From: the human T2T-CHM13v2.0 reference genome, Homo sapiens
Length of the DNA: 64,000 nucleotides
Assembly: GCF_009914755.1 (NCBI RefSeq)
Contig: NC_060927.1
Strand: one strand, 5' to 3'
This document shows, piece by piece, positions 13,301-29,799 of this stretch; position 1 is the first letter of the stretch, and the number at the start of each line of letters is the position of its first letter. The translations under genes were made by a program, and so were the position numbers. The notes below the pieces were generated by a model. The model was not told the DNA's origin, made no database searches, and worked only from the letters and a program-made list of their open reading frames with translations.

Positions 13301-13325
13301 GTTAAATTTTTCTTTTTTTTCTTCT

Positions 13326-13625
13326 ATTTTTTGTTTTATTTTTTTAAGATGGAGTTTTGTTCTTGTTGCCCACGGTGGAGTGCAATGGTACCGTCTTGCT
13401 GCAACCTCCACCTGCGGGGTTCAAGCTATTCTCCCGCTTCAGCCTTCTAAGTAGCTGGGATTACAGACACCCGCCACCACGCCCGGCTAATTTTTTTGTA
13501 TTCTTAGTAGAGACGAGGTTTCACCATGTTGGCCAGGCTCCTCTGAAAGTCCTGACTTCAGGTGATCCGCCCGCCTCAGCCTCCCAAACTGCTGTGTTTA
13601 CAGGCGTCAGCCACCGCGCCCGCCC
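13326..13625 (-). mobile_element. AluS (Sq/Sp-like)
   Basis: Dimeric Alu with T-rich tail; ttcttgttgccc and caatgg diagnostic positions. Confidence 0.92.
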
Positions 13626-13936
13626 TCCTTTTCTTATTGGTCAGAAGCTTATTATTCTCTGTGTAATATTTTGTCAAAAAAAATGTGTGTGTGTGTGTGT
13701 GTGTGAGTGTATACTTGTGTGTGTATATATATATAACAATTATATAATTTTCCATGGGTATGTGGCTTTTCTTTTTATACTGCAACCTTTGATAAACCTT
13801 TATAAACAAAAGCTTTAAATTTCAAATTACTGGAATTTATTGACCTTTTATTTCAGGAAAAAAGAAAGATTATATACCCAATTGCATATAAATATATAAA
13901 TGTTTTCCTATATCCTCCAATAAAGCTTTGTTTACT

Positions 13937-14246
13937 TTATTATTTATTTATTTATTTATTTTCTTGAGATGGAGTCTCACTGTGTGGCCCAGGCTGGAGT
14001 GTAGTGGTGTGATCTTGGCTCACTGCCACTGCCGCCTCCAAGGCTGAAGTGATTCTCCTGCCTCAATTTCCTGAGTAGCTGGGACTACAGGTGCGCTCCA
14101 GCACACCTGCTAATTTTTGTACATTTAGTATAGATGGGGTTTTGCCATGTTGTCCAGGCTGGTCTCAAGCTCCTGTCCTCAGGTGATCCACCTGCCTCAG
14201 CCTCCCAAAGTTCTGGGATTACAGGCGTTAGCCACCATGCCCAGGC
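13937..14246 (-). mobile_element. AluS (Sx-like)
   Basis: Full dimeric Alu with (TTTA)n tail. Confidence 0.92.
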
Positions 14247-15569
14247 GACACACTGTTTATTTTTTATTCATTTACATTTGCAACCCTTAACCAGTTAAGA
14301 AAAGAAACAATGATATGCTGAATTTTTCAAAAAAGAAAAAAATATATGTTGTTTGGGAGGAGAGTGAGCAGGGAGGGAAAATGTATAGATTAACTGATAG
14401 TAGGGGAGAGAATCATAGACATGGCTCATTTGTTAATGTTTAGAAATGCATGTCCTATGGCCTTTTGCAAGTAAATAAAACTTAATCATGGATATGTTTT
14501 GGTAAATAACTTATTCATCCTTGTTTTATGAGGTTGGGCTATGATGTAGTAAAATCTATCAAATAAATAATAGCACAGGAAAGAATTGAGTTTTGGCAGG
14601 TTCATGTTGTTAAGAGCAATTTATTTGAGTGATCCCTATTTTTTTTCAGTGGAGAGAGAATATATTCTTTTTTAATTATGTTCAACATTGATTTTTTTTT
14701 TCAACCGAAAATACCCTTTGAGAAACACTTTGCCTTTTTACAGGAGTTTATTATGTTTTGGACATAGAAACATAACAAACACCTGTAAAACAGCAAAGTG
14801 TTTCTCTCTCTCTTTTTTTTTTTTTTTTTTGGAAACTAGATGCCTTAAGATTGTATAAATTGAACATTCTCGCTTTGACATAAAATTGGATGTTATTCTG
14901 AAAAAGTTTCTACTGAGCATAGTACACATATTCATTTTGCATGTTACATTCATATCATGTTTTAAGAATAAATGAAGACATTCTAATTTGCATTAACAAT
15001 TATATTTAAAACAAATAAATATAGAACAAAGTACCATATGAACAATCATGCAGAACAAAGTGAGAAGCTATGTTTGAAGGAATCTCGGCTTTCCCCTAAC
15101 TACATACTACTTTATTTGCATCCTTGCCATCGTACTCACTAGGCTGCAGTAAGCAGAGACCACAGGCCTCTGGAGGTTTCAGGAGTGATTTCATACCTGT
15201 GTATAAATTCAAGGTAGCTAATTATTTTGAAAGTCATTTTTGGTGGTGGTTACTTTGAGAGATATGCACTTAGTTGATAAACCATTTATAAATAGGTAGA
15301 GATTGTAGGGAACGTGGTCCAACCTTAGCAAAGAGAATACAAGAAAGTATAAAGTATTAAGGAGAGCAGGTCCCATCCTGAAACTGGAGAATGGGAATTG
15401 GGTGGGGAGAACAACTAGATAGGGCAACTGAGCAAGCTAAGAAATTCACAATTAAGGCAGTAGGGTGAGACCTCTGAGTGACCATTCCTAAACTAGCAGG
15501 TTGTCTGAAGACCCAAATTCTTGGTTCATCCTTGTCCATGTGGGATGCTTGCTCCAGCTAGAATATAAA

Positions 15570-15740
15570 AACAGAATTTCAAACCTGGGCTGTGCTTCTC
15601 ACTGACAGTGTGCGTGTTGTGGGCAGAGTACTTAAACCTTGTTGTGGGTTAGTTTTTGTATTTGTTGACTAGAGACTGAAATACTTACCAGGGTTGGAAG
15701 GATAATTAAAAGAGACAATGTAAGTGAAAACACCGTGAAT
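15570..15740 (+). mobile_element. MIR fragment
   Basis: ttcaaacctgggctg...gggcagagtacttaaacc...ttaaaagagacaatgtaagtgaaaac. Confidence 0.55.
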
Positions 15741-16849
15741 ACTACCTTTTGCATGTTAAGGATTACTACTAAAGTGTGAGAATGAGAAGGGAGGAATTGA
15801 GCACACACTTGAGGGAGAAAATCTTCATATTTGCCAGAAAACACAGAAAAGCCCAGGACAACATGTTTCCCCATTTGCATCCAGTATGAAAGGCAGGCAT
15901 TTCTCATATGTGGAATATTCTCATAGGTGGAATAAAAATCATTCCCTTCAGTATGTTGTATCTTTATTTACTTGTCCCTAACTTTACCCCACCATATAAA
16001 CAATAGCAGTTCCACAGGCAGGCTAAGCCTCCTGGCTCAGTCTGGGTTCCTAAAGCAATCTCTCTGAGTAAGGAATACTCTGGGAGTTAGGAGAGAATTT
16101 GTCTCATGGAGCCGCTGGGGGAAAAGGTACACAAATTAAAGTTTTGTTGAAAGTAGCAAAAAGGGATGGAAAGCTGGTCAGGCTACAGACCATGCCCATT
16201 ACACTATATTTAGTGTAGGTGTTTGGAAAAGTAATTTTTCCCCCTAAATCATTCATATAATTAACTTCTGTTTTGCATGGGATATTCACTGGAAATTTTT
16301 TAAATAGATAATTTAGAAAAAATAAGCAAATACGAGTTAGTGTAAATACAATGTAAAGTTATACATCTCATTAATTCTGTTAAATTGTTTACTTTCCTTC
16401 TTTTTGCTACCTAGAAACACAATCCTATCACTATTGAACAGAGTTGCATGCCTTTTATTTAGCTAAAGTTGGTGTTCATTTTATTTTCAAGTGGCAAATA
16501 TGTATTGATGTAGATAGGTCTTTTTTTAAAATCCTGATACTGACAAATAAACAACAGAGTGGATAAAACACTGAACTCTTGTATAACTTTCTGCAGGCAG
16601 TTCTCTGAAATGGAAAATTTATATTAACTGGTTCTATATTTTAATGCGGTTTTATATATGAAATATACTAATTTCAGATTTCAGATTTTAATATTTGCAT
16701 AGATTTGCTATTATTTTGAAATATATGTAGTATTATTTAGTAGTATTCTAAATGATTACATAATTTAATGTGTGATCATTTTTTCAATACGATTACATTT
16801 CTTAGTAATTGTGATTTATGGACACAGAAATTTAAAGATGGAAGCCTAG

Positions 16850-16891
16850 CTATAGCACTCAAGTCCTATAGCACCCAAGTTCTATAGCACC
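16850..16891. repeat. 16-bp unit tandem repeat, about 2.6 copies (CTATAGCACYCAAGTY)
   Basis: ctatagcactcaagtc / ctatagcacccaagtt / ctatagcacc. Confidence 0.9.
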
Positions 16892-17068
16892 ATAAAGAAT
16901 CTAAATATAGTTCCTTTGCTTTAATTCTCATCTTTAGTTGCTGAAGAAACAACTGATGTTTTTAAGTTAGATTATCTGCATAAAAGAAGCTGCTCTCAGA
17001 ATAGAATAGATTATTTTCTTAGAGACCCTGACATAAGTCCAATAATGTACAGGCAAATGTTTAGTTAA

Positions 17069-17269
<201 letters not shown>

Positions 17270-19399
17270 CCAATAACTGTTTGTTGATGATGGAGGAAAG
17301 AAGAAAAGAAATCATAGGAGACTTTGGCAGAGAGGATGAGAATTAATTGTTTGGCCTGGGATTCGTCACAATAATATGTTTGGCCATGTGGTTTCTCTTG
17401 GAACATTTTATCTCCTTCAGGAAAGAAGCGGGTTACTAGTTTATTTTCACAATTGTTGAAGCTTGCAAAACTGTGATTTTGTACATTAAAAAATCATGTT
17501 TTCAGAAACAGCTACATATGTGTGTGTCTGTTTATGTATGAATGTACGTATGTATTTTATATATATGTCATCTTCTTGATATGGCAATACTCCTCATTTT
17601 AATTTTTTTCACAAAACCAAGGGAAGCAGTGCAATGTGTGGGATACACAAGCTCTGATTATGAGGAACAACATATGCTAGAATGATTAATGTTTTAGCTA
17701 GTCCAGACTTACCATAGCCAGGAAATTCTGGCCAATTAAGGAGGAAAAGAGAGAACCATCAATTAAAACAAAATTGACAACCTACCCACCTCCACCATTA
17801 AAAAAAAACACAGAAAAATCATATTCATCCATCTGGTTTATTTTTGAAAGGTATGAAGTAATTTTTCCCCTGTACACATTATGATATCTAAGATGTGTTA
17901 GATAGATCTTACAGAAAGTTACCATCTAAAAAACAAAATATATTTTAATGAAAGCACTTAATCTAGACCATCTGGGGGTATTGGATAAATGGAAATTCCG
18001 AAATCCTCTCTCCTATGATCGGAGAGAGCTAGGGTTTCCAGGACATTGTGGGTATCTTATTGGGTTATATTTAAAACAAAGTCTGTACATTCACCCTTAT
18101 TTAAAGTAACGTTTTGTGATGCCTTCTCCTGGGCATATGTCACTTATGTGCATTTCTATGGCGCCATAGAGTAATTGAATAGAATGGTCACTCAAAAGTA
18201 GTTCTAGAAGGCCCACTTTGCACCCACAATTTTGCTTAGTGAAGTACTCTTAAATCAAAAGGAAGTAAAAGGGGATGCTGGTGAGTATAATTGTACCAAA
18301 AATATTATGCCATAAATAGTGTAACAAGTAGTATGGAAAATGCTGAACAGCATTGAGTAATTAAATAATTGTCTTCATTTTAAAGGAGACTAGCAGTTGC
18401 AGAAAATATGAGGAAAACATGACATTGGAGTTACAAGACATCTAGGAAGTGGCCCGTATAGCTGTTGATAATGAGCTAGCTAATTTATTATGTTATTTTT
18501 CTGTATCTATTCTACATAATACATTTCTCTCTGTATTCTGTGTTAAATATTTGATATATACCATATAATGTGTATTCAAATTCAAGTCCCAATCTCTCTG
18601 ATCAAAAGAGACTATCTGTACCACTCATGTCCTTCTTTTGCCGAGTTCTTTATAGTTACTAGAGACATTTCCTATATTTTCTGATTCTCCTTAACTTTTC
18701 CAGTAGTTTTCCTTTTTCTTATTTATGATTTTTTTGTATTATAAAACTTCTAGATCCCATGTAATGTGTGTGCAATCAAATGGAAAAACAATGGATTGCC
18801 TTCTGAATTTCAAGGCCAGGTATGCAGCACTGACTATTCATTTGATATTTGCAAAGTACGTTGACAATAAATGCTTAATGTGTTATTTCTACTCTTCCTA
18901 TTTAATGATTTTCTGAAGAGAATTGTTGATAAAAGGGCAAGTAAATGTTAAAAATGTATGCATATTTTACAATTCTTGTAGAGTAAAAGAACAAGTCAGC
19001 GTCCTAATTTCATGAAGCCACAATCGGCATAGTAAATCAAACTAGTGAATATACATATAAGAAGGAATAAAAGAATTATATAAATATGAAAAACACAATA
19101 AAAAACAAATTATAATGGTTTGGCTTATACATTTGTTCATCCAGATAATATTTATATAATGAATTTCTAATGGGAGACCTCATGCTAGATTCTGAGGATT
19201 TAAAAAAATAAGTTAAAACATAGTTCTTTGTTTTTCCATGGAGAAAGAATTAACTCTCCCTGACTGAGGCTTCAGTTCCATTTCAAAAAGACATAACCTT
19301 TAAAATCATTGGTTAACTCTTTGTCAATGTCCCTAACTTACTTAATCAATTGCACTTCAATCGTGGTTCTTCCTGATTGTTTGCTTACTTTTTTCCAAG

Positions 19400-19676
19400 G
19401 TATTGAAGTGTAAAATCACACATTTCTGTCTTCATTGATGCTACTATATATCTATATCTCAGCTTGGCCAAAACTTTCTCTGAACTCTGCTACAGTCTAA
19501 CACTCTTGCTATGTAACTCTCCTTCCTTATCCTTCTAGGTGTAGGAGGTCAGGCCTGTATCCAATGTCTATTCCTGTTTTCTCCTCTTTATACTTCACAA
19601 GCGTTTCCTCTAATATTTTCCTCTAGGTTTAATCCTGTTTTGGGATCTGACTCTTGAAGAACCAAAATTAACCAAA
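19400..19676 (+). mobile_element. LTR16-like (ERVL) LTR 3' part
   Basis: ...cacaagcgtttcctctaata...ttaatcctgttttgggatctgactcttgaagaacc...aacca resembles the LTR16 end. Confidence 0.45.
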
Positions 19677-21479
19677 TCTTCATCCTGAAAAGTGAACAAA
19701 TATAAAATGCATTTCAGTTCATAGCCAACACATAAATAATCTCTGCTCTACTGCCTACTCCCTCTTTTTCTCAAGTCTCAACTAGCTTCAAAATAATTTT
19801 TAAAAAGTCAGCCTCCTCAGCTCTGTGAATTCCTGTACATGCCAGTCTCCTCCATTTACAGCCGAATTGTAAAGATTAACTTTTACTTAAAAACCTCAAG
19901 TTCAGTGTTGCTATATCCCTGGGGCAGCTACTCACTTGTATTCATGTGATGGTAGGAAGAAGGTGAAGAAAGATACTCCAGAGAGCTAAATGCATATATT
20001 CCTAGGTGCATCTAGACACCTAGGAATAATCTGGTTTAATTTGTTTTAATGTACAGTTGAACAAGGCTAGGAGAAAATCCAGAGGCTATACTTCATTAGT
20101 ATGTGCTGATTACCTCCAATGAAGTACTTATACCCACCTGAGTTTGCCAGTCGTTTACTTCTTCTTTCCAATAGATTGGGAGTTTCTAAAGGATACATTG
20201 GGTCTATTGTATCTGTAATTCTAGATCTTAATGCATTGATAAAGAGTTCAATTAATACTAGTTGAAAGAAATAAAAGACTAAAACAGAAAGACGGAAAAA
20301 AGGAAGCACAGAAGTATAGTTTTGTGATAAAAAGAGGACATAGAAGAATGCTAAAGAGTGATAGTTCCAAAGGAGATATAAAGATAAGATTTTTCAGTGG
20401 AAGAGGTTATAGATGTTTAAGGGTAAATAGAGAAGATTTTCTGGTGGAAACAGAACTTAACCCAAATTTTGTCGGAATAGTAAGACTGCTATAAAGGATA
20501 CACAAGATGGAAGGCTCTTCAGGCAAGGCAGAGACCGAAGACTCATATGTAAATTGCAAACTTAAAAACAACAATAGCAACAATAGTCAAGACCTGACAC
20601 AACAGAAGAATTATATTGTGCAATACAAATCTTTGTTTTGATAAGGATACTAAAATTATCTTGGCCAAAGTGCCAACCAAGCAAGCAGTACCAGCAGGGG
20701 AGCATAACCATTTCATATTCTTAGATACAGATTTGTTATTTGTCTGTTTATTTATTTTCTCTGAAAAGGTGATCTACTCAGACGGTTTAGAACCTGCATA
20801 TGCATGGGGCAGGTGGATGATAATCTCTCCCTAACCATTTGGATTAGCTGAATCAACACGGATATTCAAAAGACTGAAGAGGTTGTGGCCAGATCACTTT
20901 CAAATAGAATTCTACAATGTTCAAAAGAATTCCCTTCACTGTGAATTTGAGAAAAGACAAAACAGTCTCTGTTTGTACACTTGCAAATGACAGAAAAGCT
21001 GTTACAAGCTTCCTGTCATATTTTGAAAGAGTGTTAGCATTGGGAGAGAAGAAAATTTGGGGATGTGAAGGAAAAATTCTCTTGGTAGAACAGAAATAAT
21101 ATTTTCAAAATCACTTAAGAAAGATAAAATAATAAAGATGCCAGGACTTTGAAATTACATTTCTAAATATTTGGTATGCTTGAGAACAGTGAGTTAGATT
21201 GCTAGAATCTTGCCTTGCTACATCTCAATATTAAAGTATGAGAAAAAAATCAAAGAAATCCCTTTCACTAATATTGATGTTCTTACACCTGATATAACTT
21301 AAATATTTTTCCTAGTAGATGTTGACTTGAGGCTTTTCTATCAATGCAGCCACATAACTGTGTTGTTACACAGGCTATAGAAACTAACAGATTATTATAA
21401 TTATTATTGATTATTAATTTATAGTGAGCCCTCAAAAATACCAATATCTTAGTTTGTTCTTGGAGTCTACAAAATAAAT

Positions 21480-21960
21480 TTAATTTGTTTTCTATATGAC
21501 AGTGTTTAAATATTTCAAGAGAGTATGTGCCATCTAAGTCTTTTCTTCTTTAGGCAGAACATACATCCTCCTAATTCTAATAACACTTGAATTGATAACC
21601 TTCTATTTATTATTAGATTTTTAAAGCAGCACTCCCAGCCCCTTCAAGTTAAAACAATTCTCCAGGTAAATTCTGGTCAATACAGTATAAAAAGTAAAGT
21701 TCTTTTTCTGGACTCAAAATTCTATAAACTCTTTATGGACAGCTTGATTTTGTAATGAGCTTAATAAACTTAGAAAATCCATTTAAATCCTATACTTAAT
21801 AAATAAAACAAAGCAAAACATGAATTGCTGTTCAGCTAGCTTTTCCTCACCTGTACATTTGTAATGATATTTTTCTCATCCACATGGAGGCCTTCATATT
21901 TATTCTTACTATCATTTTTAATTTTCTTTTTCTGTGTTGTATACTAAAACACATCTGAAC
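21480..21960 (-). mobile_element. L3/CR1 fragment
   Basis: tatgacagtgtttaaatatttcaaga...agtcttttcttctttaggc resembles CR1/L3 sequence. Confidence 0.45.
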
Positions 21961-22019
21961 AATGATTCCTTGCCCTATTTAGTGAATTGGAAGCAAATAC
22001 AGTTTTCATCAACTTGTAC

Positions 22020-22620
22020 AGCTGAATTCCATGAACAATTTCAGGGATGCAGTTTGCAGGATTAGTTGAAGAGGAGAAAACCTGGAGGCAAAAGTAAACT
22101 CTTTAAAAAAAAAAAAAAAAAGAAAAGAAAAATTCCTAGGATAAATGATAGTTGTAAGAAAGACAATAACAAGACAATGGAACTGTAAAGAGCTAATAAA
22201 AATCAGTGATTTACTAGCTGTATACAGTAAGTCAAAAAGTGACTCATGTTTTGAGTTTAGGTGTTCAGAACTTGATGGTAAATTTGGCGCACATAATGAT
22301 GTCCAAAGGGAAAGGTGGTCCGGGAGAAGGATGATGATCTTGACTTAGATATATTAATTTGGAAGTGATGGTGGTACAAACAATTAGAAATTCCCAAAGC
22401 ACATGTCAATGATGGGAGAAAGCTGTTCTGAACTGCAGAATGGAGGTGAATGTTGAAAGTAGATATTGATAGTCATCCAAGCAGGAATAATTGCTGAAGC
22501 TCTAAGAAGGGCTCAGAATTTTCTGAGACATAAATTATCTTAAAGTTATAAGCTCTGGGATTCCAGAAGTTGTATACAGCCTAGGGAGAAAAATCATAAG
22601 GAAGCTTTATCAAACTGCAT
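22020..22620 (-). mobile_element. L2 fragment
   Basis: Degenerate L2 motifs (ttttgagtttaggtgttc, gatattgatagtcatc). Confidence 0.45.
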
Positions 22621-22905
22621 GGAAGAGGTGGCATATTAGAAAGAGATTTATTGATACAGAACAGAAAATATTGAACTTGTCTTTAAAGTGCTTCTTTTAA
22701 TGGAGCCCTCTGATACTAACCTTGTAAGATTCGAGATAGATCGTAACCCCTTTTGTGCGTAAATCTCCATTAAGATTTTTTTTAATAACGACATATTTGC
22801 TCTTATTTATTATCAAAATATATTATTGTTTTTAAAACTTTGTCTTAAAGAAGTGAAATATATTATGAGGCTTCTTAAATTTGGCATTAATTTTAAAAGT
22901 TACTC

Positions 22906-23112
22906 GCTCCGCCTCCCAGTTTCACGCCATTCTCCTGCCTCAGCCTCCCGAGTAGCTGGGACTACAGGCGCCCGTCACCACGCCTCGCTAATTTTTTGTA
23001 TTTTTAGTAGAGACGGGGTAGCCAGGAAGCTCTCGATCTCCTGACCTCGTGATCCACCCGCCTCGGCCTCCCAAAGTGCTGGGATTACAGGCGTAAGCCA
23101 CCGCGCCTGGCC
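22906..23112 (-). mobile_element. AluY, 3'-truncated (no tail), with an internal ~11-bp deletion
   Basis: CpG-rich; AluY diagnostics (cacgccattctc, ctcgatctcctgacctcgtgatcc); stops at GGAGGCGGAGC. Confidence 0.92.
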
Positions 23113-24056
23113 TGAAATAGTTACTTTTAAGATGCATAGCCGAAAACTGTGTTTTTAAAAAACAGTTAAATTATTAGTTTACAAATAATTTTTTTAATTT
23201 GAATTATCTCGGTTATTCTTTTATAGTTGATATATCTTCCATAAACTATACATTCCAGAGGTATAAATTACTACATTTTTGAGTTTTCCATTGACATTAA
23301 TATTATTACCATAATAAATGCATAATTAAAATAAAATGAACAATTCCAAACCACTAAATTATGGGCTCCTGTTTCCATAATAAGGTATGATATGAAAACT
23401 TATGCATTATATTTCACAGGTAATATTTTAAAGATTACCCAGTAAATGTTTGTATTATTGGAGCAGGGTTAAAAATAACCTTAGAATTTTCTGATCTCAT
23501 TTTATTTAGTTTTACATGTAAATAATTCATTTTCAATTGTAAAAGCAATAACTCCTCTTATCTAGCTAGAGCTGTGCTTTTTTTAAAAAAAGCTTTCAGT
23601 TGTGACTCAATGTTAAATAATCTGTGTAAAGTTAACTGGACTTATTGTACTCATATAACCATGGCTTATTTTATAGCCAGTTCACATTTTTGTATTCTCT
23701 TCCTTGGACTTCATTTATCATGATTTAGATATTTATCAGATCATTCTTTATAAGCTATTCATTGTGTCAAAGTAAAGAAGGAGTTCTGAGAAAAGTCTGT
23801 AGGGTATTATTGCTGTTCAATTATTTTATATTTTCTCATCCCTGTTTCTGCTTTAAAGATGCTTAGTGCATCCAAAATGTAGAATTATAAAAATGTGTCT
23901 CTCATGCAAAGACAAAAATATATTCTCCAGTGATATGTTTACATTTATTGATCTTCACAAAACTTTTCCCATAGTTTTCTCCTAAAATATCGTAACATTT
24001 AATGTATGATACTTAACAAATTCAGGAAAATAAGCAGTTTTTTGTAATATTTTTTA

Positions 24057-24380
<324 letters not shown>

Positions 24381-24965
24381 CTACCTCTTAGAGCATTATA
24401 AAATACTTAAATCTAATGTAACATTATTACTTTAAAATCAATTGAATTTAATACAGACTTAGACAGAAAAAAATTTATTGAAACTCAAAATGAATGTTTC
24501 TGGCTGCCGTCTAACAAATATAAATGAAACGATACCAGCATTAAAATACACTAAAGATGAGATTGACTTTGTTTCATATGAAATTGTTTGCTACTCCAAA
24601 AAGGTTGTAGATTTTCTTCAGAAGAATAAAAACATGGGAATATATAAACTGTTCATTAGACCCAGTCTGCTTATGAGATCAGCATTTCATATATCATCTT
24701 GAAAAAGCCCCTTGTGGCTAACATTCTCAAAAGAAAATAAGAAATCAATATGAAGTTTATATAATTTAAGAGTCACAAATTACACATCAGTGATTGAAGT
24801 GAATTCTTGAGAACTTTTAGAATTATGTCTAATAGTTATTCAAGATTGGATGTTGTATGCAACTTTAAAAATCACACCCATATTTTAATTACTGTCTTCC
24901 GAGGATAATAAATGTTAATATTAAGTTATTTTATAAATAATGATAATTATAAAATATTATAATTT

Positions 24966-25110
24966 ATATTATATTTAAATTATCATAATGATAATTTATA
25001 AAATAAATATGCAATTATATTTTCAGTATTGATTCTGAATATTATATTTAATTATCATAATGATAATTTATAAAATAAATATGCAATTATATTTTCAGTA
25101 TTGATTCTGA
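24966..25110. repeat. Near-perfect 72/73-bp tandem duplication
   Basis: Copies 24966-25038 and 25039-25110 differ only by one A. Confidence 0.95.
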
Positions 25111-25659
25111 AGAAAGTCTAATGTTTCAAAATAAATTTTCCTTACCCGACTGAAGATGTAACAATTTTTGTGTGTAATTGGAGATTTTAAATATTTAACT
25201 GTTCATTTATTTCATCGGTAAATGTAGATTAGTGAAGCTGTAAAGTTTTCTTGCTTGCTGCTTGTGATCTTAGTTTTTTTCTTGGCCAATTAGATGTCAT
25301 TATTCATATATAATTATTTTTTCACTTTATCATCTTAGCATTTACTGTGGAAAGATGAGAAATAACTGGAGCCCCTTTTTCATGATAAAATGATCATCAA
25401 CTTCATAACTTAGTTTTATTATTTCCTATGAGACTGGCAATGACTCTTATCTTATTGGTAAATATAATTGCTTAAATAAATATATTTTTCTTTACACTAT
25501 ATTTTAAATTATTGCAGCAACAAATCCTGCAAATCTAGATTTTGTGGTAATCCAATACCTACAAAATTATACGCTATGCAGTCTGTAGAAATATGGATAG
25601 ATGATTTTTTGCATTACTCATTATTTTTCAAGACTTTAAACATGTCTTTGATATTTAAT

Positions 25660-26925
25660 GTTGAAAATAATAAGCCAATGGCAAAAGGACAGTCTGTTCA
25701 ATAAATATTACTAGGAATTTTGGACATTCCACATGCAAAAAATATAGTAGGGCTCATTTAATACCACATACAAAAATTAATTTAAAATGGATCAAATACC
25801 TAAACAAAAGAGTTATAAGCTTAAAACTTTTAGAAGAAAATTTTCATGACATTGGATTTGCGAATGATTGCTTAGACATGACACCTAAAAGCAAAGGCAA
25901 CAACAACAAAAAATTAGATAAATTGGTCTTCATCAAAATTAAGGACTTTTGTTTATCAAAACTTAACTATAAGCAGAATGAAAGTACAACCAAGGGAATG
26001 AGAGAAAATATTTGCACAGCAAATATCTGACAAGAGATTAATATACAAAATATATTTTAAAAACTCCTACAACACAACAACAACAATACAACCAAATTCA
26101 AAAATGGGAAAAAGACTTTAAAGACATTTCTGTAAAGAAGATAAACAAGTGGCCAGTAAACACAAAAAAGATGCCCAATATCACTAGCCATTAGTAAATT
26201 TGTAAGTCAAAATTAGAAGTGAGATATCACTTCATACATTAAGAAGGCTATTATATAAAAGGAAATAGAAAATACCAAGTTATTATAAGGATGAGGACAA
26301 GTTGAAATCTGTGCATCGCTGTGGAACAGAAGCTTTGTAATTCCTCAAAGAGCTAAGCCTAGTAGAATTATTATATGATCCAGAATTATGTATGTGATTA
26401 TATACAACCCAAAAGAATTGAGGAGATGGTCAGACACTTGTACACCTATGTTCATAGCAGGATTGTTCACAATAGTCCAAAGATGGAAATAACGAAAATA
26501 CCCATCAACAGATTAATGGATAAGCAAAGCGTGCTTATATAATACAGTGGAATATTATTCAGCCTTAAAAAGGAATGGAGTTCTGACACATGTTACAACA
26601 AGGAGGAAACTTGAAACTATTATGCTAAGTGAAATAAGCCAGGCATGCAAAGACAAATATTGTATGAATCACTTACATGAGTTATCTAGAATAAACACAT
26701 TCATACAGACACAAAACAGAATAGAGACTATTGAAGGCTGAGGGGGAGGGGTATTGATTAGTTATGGTTTATTGGGTACAGAGTTTCTATTGGGGATGAT
26801 GGAATAAGTTCTGAAAATGGATAGTGGTGATGGTTTCACAACAGGTGAATATGTTTCATGACACTTAGAAATGGTTAAAATGATAAATTTTTGTGATTTT
26901 AAATATTTTACCACAATTAAAAAGC
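25660..26925 (+). mobile_element. L1MB-type 3' fragment (ORF2 end and 3' UTR)
   Basis: L1M ORF2 C-terminal remnant (26547-26741 MEYYSALKRN...), L1MB 3' UTR (ggggatgatg...ggatagtggtgatggtt), A tail. Confidence 0.85.
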
Positions 26926-27012
26926 AAACAAAAGTCTATTTTCAAAACTTAGACTGCATATGTTAGTAGCCAGATTCCTGCCAGAGGAGAAATAGGGTGA
27001 CATCCAGAAGCC

Positions 27013-29783
<2,771 letters not shown>

Positions 29784-29799
29784 ATTTCAGGGACAAGAC

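Noticed and set aside
13357-13818. 153-aa ORF, and similar ORFs at 24054, 35837, 41998, 42940, 48296, 51306, 55184
   Set aside because: Alu-derived frames (e.g. [16 protein letters not shown]).
15683-15692. Strong minus-strand donors here and near 35836 and 41267
   Set aside because: They lie in MIR or L2 relics with no paired acceptor.
18155-18170. 16-bp perfect palindrome TCTATGGCGCCATAGA (YY1-like ATGGCG on both strands)
   Set aside because: One or two 16-bp palindromes are expected by chance in 64 kb; no CpG island around it.
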